From: a virus
DNA length: 64,000 nucleotides
Virus record (IMG/VR): IMGVR_UViG_3300031885_000004
Span: 1-64,000 of that record
Strand: one strand, 5' to 3'
Each line of letters opens with the position of its first letter. Within the stretch, counting starts at the first letter, position 1. The notes beneath the pieces were generated by a model. That model was not told where the DNA came from and did not search any database. It saw nothing but the letters and a program-made list of their open reading frames with translations. A program made the translations under genes and the position numbers. Below, one piece after another: positions 37,024 to 45,267 of this stretch.

Positions 37024-37869
37024 TTATGCTGGTCCCGCTAATTTATGATTAGCTATTATATTTTTTCGCACATTGGCATTCATGATTAAATATGCGATTC
37101 TCGAGATGATTCGGTCTTCAACAGATGATGTTTTAGATTTAACACTTAGTACGTCCCAAGCATCTCTATTAGTTTGGACATTGATTCCGAATCCGCTTAA
37201 TATGTTAGACATCTGCCCTGCGATAGAGGACGGCATTTTGTCTCTCTCGGTTGGTTCTGGGTCAGTCATTATACTTCTAATTTTGCGATGCTTTGAGCTA
37301 CTATGATTTTTAGACCTCCAATATGGGTCATCGTCATCAGATTCAGGTCTGTCAATTAGGCAGGTAGAGTCTACCTGGCAAGATGATGGGAAAAACTCAA
37401 TTGAGTTCATACTCTTGTTTGAATATATCTCTATGGTGTCTCGAGCGCGAAATTCAGACGTCGCAGCCGCATAACATCTAAGAGCCAATAATATCTGCGA
37501 GTCTGAGGTCATTGCTTGTTTAAGCATATTGGAATATTGGTCGATCCCAACTGAATTTATTGAGTCTTGCACGAATTTAAATAACTTATCATCGGCTATC
37601 AATTCGGCTTGACTTAACGACACACAAATTCTCTCCCTAATTTCGTCAGCTTCCTTTTGCGATAATTTCCTATAAGCGAGTTTATCTAAGTCATCATGCA
37701 TCTGCCATAATTCTGATGGATATAACTTATCGTTCCATATAGCTCCTGGGCATGAGTGTTTTACTTGTTTTTGGGATTCTGGAAGCTGCTGGTGTGAAAC
37801 AACTACTTCAGTGTTTTTGGAAGGTTGGATTACTGGCTGGGCTACATTTCTTTTTGGAAAGTTAATCAT
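37024..37869 (-). CDS. hypothetical protein
   Basis: 281-aa ORF. Confidence 0.65.
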   Translation of the reverse strand: MINFPKRNVAQPVIQPSKNTEVVVSHQQLPESQKQVKHSCPGAIWNDKLYPSELWQMHDDLDKLAYRKLSQKEADEIRERICVSLSQAELIADDKLFKFVQDSINSVGIDQYSNMLKQAMTSDSQILLALRCYAAATSEFRARDTIEIYSNKSMNSIEFFPSSCQVDSTCLIDRPESDDDDPYWRSKNHSSSKHRKIRSIMTDPEPTERDKMPSSIAGQMSNILSGFGINVQTNRDAWDVLSVKSKTSSVEDRIISRIAYLIMNANVRKNIIANHKLAGPA

Positions 37870-38116
37870 ACGCTATTTATTTATAAATATGTCGATCATC
37901 TTTTTGACATCTTCTATTCTGCTGCGGTGCGCGACAATAGTATATTTCCCAAATCTGATGATTATCAAATTTGATATACCAACCATACCTATAGTTTCAT
38001 CTAAATCTTGACAGTACACCATATTGTCGTTGCAATCCGCAGTATGCAGATTATTGCATCTCACTGGGTTACATGGGTCTATAAAGTTAGCATCTTGTGG
38101 ATTCATCATGCACCAT

Positions 38117-38830
38117 TTATACCAAACTATGCCACTTTCCATCCTCGCAATATATATCAATAAGGTGTGGCCAGATTGTGTCTGTGGCATAATAGTCGTT
38201 TGTTGTGTGTTCTATTTCAAAATTATGGTCTAGCCGTGCTCTTAAGAGCACTGCCTGACCTTCATCTGGCGCGAACTGCCATATGTGTTCAGCACTGTTC
38301 ATCCAATAACTTCTTCTTCCTGATGTGCCGTCTGGCCACGTTTCCTGGTCAGTTCCATATGATGGACTATGTGTTAATAAGCCTTGCTTTGCAATCTGCA
38401 GGGCATTTTCTAGATTAGTTATGTGATATACGTGGCGGTTGTCTGATGGAACAGGGCCATCAACTTTCATTGGTTTTGGCACATCTTGATTATCTAATCG
38501 ATCACAAACGGTCTTTATTAAATCTTCAGTATTTCCTTGCTTATATGGATCCCATGGGACCGCAAAACTATCAATTATTTTGTCATCTTTTGATATGTTA
38601 ATTATTATTTCTTTGACGTTTGAGAAATACAGTACGTGCGTTCCAATGTTTGCTATAATGTGTGGGTTGTCTTTCTTACTAACCCATAACACCCTAAAAT
38701 CATGATCGGCAGTCAATCCTATTTCATGTTTAGCGTCGACTTTATATCCAAGATCTTCAAATTCGGACATTAAGAGATCTACGAAGTTAGGTGTGTATCG
38801 TTCATCTTCAAGTAATACAGCTAATTTCAT
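38117..38830 (-). CDS. protein with C-terminal ADP-ribosyltransferase-like domain
   Basis: VYHITNLENALQIAKQGL matches the YHxTxxxNxxxIxxxGL strand-1 motif of ART/Tpt1/DarT-like folds; MKLAVLLE N-terminus. Confidence 0.6.
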   Translation of the reverse strand: MKLAVLLEDERYTPNFVDLLMSEFEDLGYKVDAKHEIGLTADHDFRVLWVSKKDNPHIIANIGTHVLYFSNVKEIIINISKDDKIIDSFAVPWDPYKQGNTEDLIKTVCDRLDNQDVPKPMKVDGPVPSDNRHVYHITNLENALQIAKQGLLTHSPSYGTDQETWPDGTSGRRSYWMNSAEHIWQFAPDEGQAVLLRARLDHNFEIEHTTNDYYATDTIWPHLIDIYCEDGKWHSLV

Positions 38831-38864
38831 CGGTCTGCCCAAGAACTAACACTTCGATCAATTG

Positions 38865-39470
38865 CTAACTATTGTTTTGTGCCGCTTGTAACGCGTTTTT
38901 ATACCACTCGTTCAACTTTGGTAGGTAGGCTTTTTGTTGTTCTCCAGTCATCTGCCCACTTTCCCTCTGCTTTTTAAGTTTTTCTATAGCAGCATGAAAT
39001 TGTTCTTCTACCCAAGCGACATATTGTTTCTTGGCTTGAGATTGAGCTGGTTGTTGAGCTGGTTGTTGAGCTGGTTGTTGAGCTGGTTGTTGAGCTGGTT
39101 GTTGAGCTGGTTGTTGAGCTGGTTGTTGAGCTGGTTGTGTTTTTGCGGCATTCATCGCATCTGCACGGCTTGCATATTTTAATGGACGTTTACAACTATT
39201 ACACGCTAAAGACAATGGTTTATATAATGATCCAATTGGTTTGTGGCAATTACCACAGAATTTTTCTCCAGTGCTTTTGTCTGTGTCGATATATCCCAAG
39301 GATTTTGCTGCCTTTTCTATCCTGTCTTCTTCTCTCATGCCACTCGGATCTTTGGGATCGTGGCCCTTCCCGAAGGTGCGGTCGTCGAGCGTTGCAGTCT
39401 GCTCGTCCTGCTCTTGTGGCACGTCCGGGTCTTCGGTAATCAATTTAGCTATGTCTTTGGGATCGATCAT
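38865..39470 (-). CDS. ITEDPD-leader protein with zinc ribbon and QPAQ repeat
   Basis: MIDPKDIAKLITEDPD; CGNC...CNSC. Confidence 0.7.
   Translation of the reverse strand: MIDPKDIAKLITEDPDVPQEQDEQTATLDDRTFGKGHDPKDPSGMREEDRIEKAAKSLGYIDTDKSTGEKFCGNCHKPIGSLYKPLSLACNSCKRPLKYASRADAMNAAKTQPAQQPAQQPAQQPAQQPAQQPAQQPAQQPAQSQAKKQYVAWVEEQFHAAIEKLKKQRESGQMTGEQQKAYLPKLNEWYKNALQAAQNNS
39042..39137. repeat. 12-bp tandem repeat x8 (QPAQ coding)
   Basis: (ttgagctggttg)8. Confidence 0.95.
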
Positions 39471-39501
39471 TGTATACTCCAAGAGTAAAACGCACCGAGT
39501 T

Positions 39502-39996
39502 TTATTCACCAGAAGGATATGCAACCCAAGCGGCTTGTTCATATCCTTCTGGCCACGCCAACAAAGACTGTATTGTTCTATGCCATCCTTCAATCAGTTC
39601 ATAGCCATCGTTGCGCTTTATCATTATTATCGGTTCTTTTGATGGTCCTGCTTTTATTATTTCTTTTTGCTTTTGATGCCTTTCTGCGTCTCGTGGAACC
39701 AAATCTGGGTTTTCACCTTCAATTCTTCTTTTGAGTTTTTGACGTATTCTAGGAATAAAAATGTCTAAAGTAACGGTTATTGTTTCTAATTTCCATGTCG
39801 AATCAGATAACCATGTTGATTTCCATTCTTTAGCCCATTTTGGATCATCTTTTATTATAGGATATATAAAATCTTTGATGACATAATCCGGAACCTTTGG
39901 GAAGGTGTCTTTTAAATATCCAACCATCGGTTGTCTTAATTCACAAAAGACATCTGGATCTTCAGTGATCAGTTTAGCTATGTCTTTGGGATCCAC
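39502..39996 (-). CDS. ITEDPD-leader ParB/Srx-like protein
   Basis: EPII...YELIEGWHR. Confidence 0.72.
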   Translation of the reverse strand: MDPKDIAKLITEDPDVFCELRQPMVGYLKDTFPKVPDYVIKDFIYPIIKDDPKWAKEWKSTWLSDSTWKLETITVTLDIFIPRIRQKLKRRIEGENPDLVPRDAERHQKQKEIIKAGPSKEPIIMIKRNDGYELIEGWHRTIQSLLAWPEGYEQAAWVAYPSGE

Positions 39997-40373
39997 GTTG
40001 ACGCTTCCTTTATTTGATCGATAGTCGCGATAGTTGCTTTGATTGTCTTTGCACCAATAGTTAATGCCTTTCTTATCCTATGCGTCCCATCTATTAAATC
40101 TCCAGTTTCATCTAATATTATCGGGTAATTAAGATCTGCTCTCGCTTCCCATTCGCTATCTTCTCCAAATTGCCATCCTCTCTTTATAAGATTTTTATAT
40201 AATGATTTGGTGCTGACGAACTTTATAGGATTGTTTTTGGTTATTATCCAAAGTTTTCTGATGTTTATTTCATATAAGCCAGTTTCATCTTCATATGTCT
40301 GCGACCCCTCATCTGATGCCGTTGGCACATCTGGGTCTTCAGTTATTAATTTGGCTATGTCTTTAGGATCCAT
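39978..40373 (-). CDS. ITEDPD-leader ParB/Srx-like protein
   Basis: ADLNYPII...LIDGTHR. Confidence 0.72.
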   Translation of the reverse strand: MDPKDIAKLITEDPDVPTASDEGSQTYEDETGLYEINIRKLWIITKNNPIKFVSTKSLYKNLIKRGWQFGEDSEWEARADLNYPIILDETGDLIDGTHRIRKALTIGAKTIKATIATIDQIKEASTWIPKT

Positions 40374-40406
40374 GCAATATCTTTGCGTTATGATCAAAAT
40401 TAATGT

Positions 40407-41081
40407 GTGAAACTTAGTGTTTTATTTGAAGAAGATAAGGTCACTGTCGGATCGCGTTTTATATTAAATATTATAAAGCGTGCTCTAGAGCAGAAACCAA
40501 GCACTCCGACAGAATTGCGCAAGATATTATATACGATTGCTGGTCAGAATGGCATATTACATGGAAATAAAATTCAATTGCCTAAAGATATTGATCCAGA
40601 CGGAAAATTTTATCTAGTAGTATACCCAGAATCTGCTGATGGTAAGACTAATGCTGAAGCGCATGGGAGCGCAATAAGATTATACGCCGATGTGATATTA
40701 AAAGACCCAAAGCGTGCAATTCCTAATATCAATGGAATCATCACCCACGAATTGGCTCATATTTTCGAGAAAGAGGGAACTTCTCCCGATGAAGATGTGA
40801 TCGACGCTGGGGAAAGAACCGTTAAGTACCTATCTGATAGTGGAGAGATAAATTCAAACGCTAGACAAATAGCGACTCTATATAATCATGTGTTCCCTGG
40901 CCAACCGCTTGATGATGCCAAATTAAATGAACTCGCGCAGCAATACAAAGATAACGAGACGATGCAGTGTTATCTGATTAAATTTAGATCTAAAGATATA
41001 CAAAGCAAATATGCACATATTGCGGATTTGGAGCAGGTATATCAAGATATTATTGACAAAATACAAAAGCATCTAACTTAG
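40407..41081 (+). CDS. zincin-like metallopeptidase
   Basis: HELAH motif, downstream Y...E; MKLSVLFEE N-terminus. Confidence 0.65.
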   Translation: MKLSVLFEEDKVTVGSRFILNIIKRALEQKPSTPTELRKILYTIAGQNGILHGNKIQLPKDIDPDGKFYLVVYPESADGKTNAEAHGSAIRLYADVILKDPKRAIPNINGIITHELAHIFEKEGTSPDEDVIDAGERTVKYLSDSGEINSNARQIATLYNHVFPGQPLDDAKLNELAQQYKDNETMQCYLIKFRSKDIQSKYAHIADLEQVYQDIIDKIQKHLT

Positions 41082-41229
41082 CTGTTTCATATAATGCCTT
41101 TGCACGTCTCTGATGTATATAAAGCCAAAGTGAAAACGATACCGAAATTCATGGCAAAAATTGAACCAGTAGTTAAAAGAATTACTAAGCGAAGCGAAAA
41201 CAAAAGTAAAAATGCGCCGTTCAAAACGT

Positions 41230-41650
41230 TCTCCTTTAGCCCGCGCCCGTTGATAAGGGCTAAAGGCGCCGGAGGTCTTCGGCGGGTTAGGCGTAAAACA
41301 ACCAGTTCATGAGCGGGCCTTCGCCAAAGGCGTCGTAAAATCCTGGCAGGAGCGAGTGCTCCCCGGCGAATTCGAACTGCTTATAGCCGGGACCATGTGC
41401 ATCCTGAGGTGGCTCTCGAAAGGGAGTTTCGAGCGTGAGAGGCGCTCGGCGGTTGAGCCTCTGCCGGGTCGGGGAAGCGAATTAAGAATCGCCGAACCGT
41501 TTAGAACCACCGTGAAGAAGATATCTAAAGATCATTTCGATTTCGATCCTCTTTAACGATTTCGAAACCTTTTTGATATCTCTTCTAACCGGCTCTGCCA
41601 CATACGCTGGGCAAGGCTGGGATGCGGTTGGAAGGAAGCAGAGTATCAAA
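41230..41650. ncRNA. candidate large structured non-coding element
   Basis: GC-rich gap between convergent genes with at least six inverted repeats and no convincing ORF. Confidence 0.45.
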
Positions 41651-41661
41651 GCAGACAAGAG

Positions 41662-41853
41662 TTATTTTACGAACATAGACAGGATCTTGAGAACTGTGAA
41701 ACCAGCTGCTGTTAATGTCTGGATGGTTTCTTTGGTTGCTTTAGAATTGCGAAGCTTAGCGGCAGCCTCCTCGAAGACCTTAGCTGCGTCATCGGCAGAA
41801 AAGGAATTGAGGTCGACCTTCTTATCTAGTCCAAGCTGATCATAAATACCCAT
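41662..41853 (-). CDS. small hypothetical protein
   Basis: GAGG RBS; coupled to the upstream lipoprotein. Confidence 0.6.
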   Translation of the reverse strand: MGIYDQLGLDKKVDLNSFSADDAAKVFEEAAAKLRNSKATKETIQTLTAAGFTVLKILSMFVK

Positions 41854-41854
41854 A

Positions 41855-42241
41855 TTACTTACCTCTCTTCGATTCGATTAGATCGTAAATCTGCTTGCCT
41901 TGGGCTACCCACGCCGGTAGCTCCTGAATTACGCTACTGAAGAACGCAGGGTCTAATGTATCAGACTCTGCAGCTCCCTTAATGACCAGAAGCCAACAAT
42001 AGTTGATAGTCAATTGCTCGATAATAGCCTTCTTCTGGGCATCAAAGATCACTTGATCCTCAGGCTTCCACTCCGGATTAGCTTTAGCTAGTTTTTCAAA
42101 GTTGTTCAGCTGGCGGACAACATTTTTCTCGAGATTGACCTGGTTTTCTGTGGCCATAATATTACCGGGGCCAAAGTCATCAAAACTAGTGCATCCGACG
42201 AACAGCATGCAGACAGCGATAATAGCGAGAATAGAACGCAT
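41855..42241 (-). CDS. lipoprotein
   Basis: Signal peptide with LFVGC lipobox; AGGAGG RBS. Confidence 0.72.
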   Translation of the reverse strand: MRSILAIIAVCMLFVGCTSFDDFGPGNIMATENQVNLEKNVVRQLNNFEKLAKANPEWKPEDQVIFDAQKKAIIEQLTINYCWLLVIKGAAESDTLDPAFFSSVIQELPAWVAQGKQIYDLIESKRGK

Positions 42242-42662
42242 GGTGCCTCCTATAACTTCAACCTACCAGTATTTTTGTCGCGAGCAAGCAGCGTAAATAT
42301 TTAGGAGCACAAAAATAAAGCAAAGAAGATTTAGACTACGCAACGTATTTTATTATTAGCAATTTAATGGTGGTGAATCATGAGGGGAGCAACAGAAAAA
42401 CTAATGGTATTAACGCCAAACCAAGCACGAGCCGCGCAATGTTGGTATCAGTTCATCGGTGATATAGTTGCGGCAGATAGGGCAATGGAAAGGAAAATTA
42501 CCCAGGTTAGCAAACCAATCGTGCTAAATGACCGAGAATGTTCAATACTCGCAAGATGGTGGAACTATCTTCCGAGCAACTTAGTTGATCCTGGCGATAG
42601 AGATTTATACGATACAATCAGAAATTTTTTATTTAATTAAGCAGCGTCCCGTCTGAGGCCAG

Positions 42663-42696
42663 TTTTGGGCCGCCTCGTAACAGGGGCGGCCCAAAA
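42663..42696. terminator. bidirectional terminator-like hairpin
   Basis: ttttgggccgcctc-gtaaca-ggggcggcccaaaa. Confidence 0.65.
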
Positions 42697-42722
42697 CATA
42701 TACAGAGAGTATTTGAGCCACT

Positions 42723-44135
42723 ATGGAAGATGTCAGAACACCAGACGCAATAGATGATATAGAGATTAAATATCCAGGACCAAAAGATTTGGTGCATCTG
42801 CACTCACATACTATATTTTCAGCTCTTGATGGTATTGCATCACCAGAAGATTATATGAAAAGGTGCGGAGAACTTGGTATGTCAGCTATTGCCATAACCG
42901 ATCATGGGTGTCTTGCATCTTTCCCAGACGCTTATTTTGCGGCCAAAACATATAAGATAAAATTCATACCAGGATGTGAGATATATTATAATGATCACCA
43001 CAATGAACTACAGGAATTCCAAAAAAGTGGTAATAAATGGTCATCTTTGAAATTGTTGGACCTAGAAAAATATGAATTATTACGCAGGCATAGACACGTA
43101 ACTGTTTTGTCTAAAAACCAAGTTGGGTATAAAAATTTAATCCATATGACTACCAATGCATGGGAAATTGGCCATTATTATAAACCAAGAATCTGGATGG
43201 ATATACTTGATAGCCATAAAGACGGGCTAATTATTCTTAGTGGGTGTATGAATGGTCCGGTATGTCACGAGATAAGGGCAGCACACGAATTAACCATTAA
43301 AGGCCAAAATTCGGAAGCAAGTAGGCATTTAGAGATGGCCAGACAGTGGTTAAATGATATGCGCGAAATATTTGGGAAGGACCTATATATTGAAATGCAA
43401 ATGCCGGGTAAAGACCTTGACGGGTCAATCCAAGCTTTCGCGACATGCGCGAGATGGTCTGATGAATTTGGCATAAAAGCCGTCATAACTAATGATTGCC
43501 ATTATATTCACAGACAAGACTTTGATGTTCAAAAATGCATGATGGCGGTTGACCAAAAAAAGACATTAGATGATCCTGAGCTATTCACCACCAATTCAAG
43601 CGAGCAATATTTTAAGAGCAGATCGCATCTTAGGGCTATATTCCACGAGCATGGCTATAATGCAGATGTTAGTCAGGCTAAATTTGAAGAAATTTGCGAT
43701 AACACTGTTGAAGCTGCAGAAAAATGCGATGGGTTTAAACCAGACCTATCACCAAAATTACCAGCCATTAAAAACGCTAGTGATAAACTAACAGTTTTAG
43801 TATTAAATGCTCTCAAGGATAAGGAGTTATATAATAGCCAGAAGAAATATGAAGTTGATGGAAAGATGGTCACCCATAAAGAGCAAGCCCTGATAGAATT
43901 AAGTCGGATCATCTCGAAAGGCTTCGCGCCATACTTTTTAGTGATTCGAGATTTAATACAATATTCTATTAATAGTGGATGGGATGTTGGTCCTGCCAGA
44001 GGTAGCGCTGGCGGATCATTGGTTTGTTTTCTAATCGGGATCCACGAGCTTGATCCATTAAAGTGGCACCTATCATTTAATAGGTTCATGTCGCCGTCTC
44101 GAGGCGGCAACATGCTGAAAGTATCAATGGAATAA
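42723..44135 (+). CDS. dnaE: DNA polymerase III alpha, N-terminal part (PHP domain)
   Basis: HLHSHT, AITDHG, YYKPRI, TNDCHY, GPARGSAGGSLV, LSFNRF. Confidence 0.92.
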   Translation: MEDVRTPDAIDDIEIKYPGPKDLVHLHSHTIFSALDGIASPEDYMKRCGELGMSAIAITDHGCLASFPDAYFAAKTYKIKFIPGCEIYYNDHHNELQEFQKSGNKWSSLKLLDLEKYELLRRHRHVTVLSKNQVGYKNLIHMTTNAWEIGHYYKPRIWMDILDSHKDGLIILSGCMNGPVCHEIRAAHELTIKGQNSEASRHLEMARQWLNDMREIFGKDLYIEMQMPGKDLDGSIQAFATCARWSDEFGIKAVITNDCHYIHRQDFDVQKCMMAVDQKKTLDDPELFTTNSSEQYFKSRSHLRAIFHEHGYNADVSQAKFEEICDNTVEAAEKCDGFKPDLSPKLPAIKNASDKLTVLVLNALKDKELYNSQKKYEVDGKMVTHKEQALIELSRIISKGFAPYFLVIRDLIQYSINSGWDVGPARGSAGGSLVCFLIGIHELDPLKWHLSFNRFMSPSRGGNMLKVSME

Positions 44136-44560
44136 TGTATAAAGAAATTGACCAGCTGCTTAGAAGAGGATTTTGCGCCATTAGTATAATGGCTGATCCA
44201 GATGGATCATATAAAGATTCAAATGAAGTATGGGGCGAATCATATGTTTATATCAGCATTACACATAAGCAATATACGTCAGAACTAAGGTTTTTGTTTA
44301 GGTCGATTGGTTTCACACAAACCTGTGATACATTACGAAAATTAGTCAAAATGTATGATGATCGAAAAGGTGATGTGTGGGAGTTATCAAACCAGAAGAG
44401 AATACCATTGAATTTGTTGCCAACCGATAAAATATTAATACAAGGAACCATTAATGGGCTTAAAATAGCTAGAGAAATTTTAGGATTAACTATCCATGAC
44501 CAAAGAGAAGTTAAGCCTACTCCGAGACCTGGTGGCCAAAGCCCTACATGCACAAGCTAA
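44135..44560 (+). CDS. hypothetical protein
   Basis: Coupled to the dnaE N-part. Confidence 0.6.
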   Translation: MYKEIDQLLRRGFCAISIMADPDGSYKDSNEVWGESYVYISITHKQYTSELRFLFRSIGFTQTCDTLRKLVKMYDDRKGDVWELSNQKRIPLNLLPTDKILIQGTINGLKIAREILGLTIHDQREVKPTPRPGGQSPTCTS

Positions 44561-44897
44561 CTACATACGCATAGTTGGAGACGACTTGCCAATTCGCGCT
44601 TATATTACACTATTTAAGTGGCCAGATGTAACAAGTAGCTTGGTGCTGGCATTGAACGACAATGAATCAGCAATTGATGTCGCGATTGACGATTTATCGG
44701 CCATAATTATTTGCACGCTAAGGCCATTAGCATTAACGTATGTTGATATTGCCAAAAATGCAATGGATAAAGATGCCGTCAGGGAGGAGATAAACTTATT
44801 ATCAAAATCGGGAAACATACATAGCTCAAGAGACCAATTAATTAAGATAATTAATGGCATCAGTGATGCCAACCATGGATTCCCACGAATAATTTAG
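44496..44897 (+). CDS. hypothetical protein
   Basis: 133-aa ORF. Confidence 0.6.
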   Translation: MTKEKLSLLRDLVAKALHAQANYIRIVGDDLPIRAYITLFKWPDVTSSLVLALNDNESAIDVAIDDLSAIIICTLRPLALTYVDIAKNAMDKDAVREEINLLSKSGNIHSSRDQLIKIINGISDANHGFPRII

Positions 44898-44907
44898 GAA
44901 TGTAAAC

Positions 44908-45267
44908 ATGAAAATTGAGACTGGTGGGATAGTCAGTAAAAAGACTGGGTCGAAGTTCGCTGTTATAATTAAGATAGGTAGTGAAATTAGATCGTATGTG
45001 CATGAAGTCAAATCAGATTCGACACTTAATTATGTTGAATTATTGGCGGTTAAATTTGCTTTACTTGGTTCGAATGTTACACCAATAATAATTTCAACAC
45101 CAAACGTCTATGTATGTGATATCTTAAGGCATGAGGGCGATAATTGGCTAAAACTGCCAAAATCAAATAAAGAACTAGTAGATGAAATCAGAAAGCTTAT
45201 AATAGAAAAGAATGCATCAATAACGTTCGAAAGAAACGAAGAAATTAGGAAACTGTGTAGCTCATGA
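44908..45267 (+). CDS. degenerate RNase H-like protein
   Basis: TLNYVELLAV and NKEL resemble RNase HI TNNxxELxA and NxDL. Confidence 0.55.
   Translation: MKIETGGIVSKKTGSKFAVIIKIGSEIRSYVHEVKSDSTLNYVELLAVKFALLGSNVTPIIISTPNVYVCDILRHEGDNWLKLPKSNKELVDEIRKLIIEKNASITFERNEEIRKLCSS

Noticed and set aside
39042-39137. CRISPR or regulatory repeat array
   Set aside because: Contiguous 12-bp units without spacers that encode a QPAQ linker; the same applies to the repeats at 49641, ~59750 and 63716. No CRISPR array was seen anywhere in the window.
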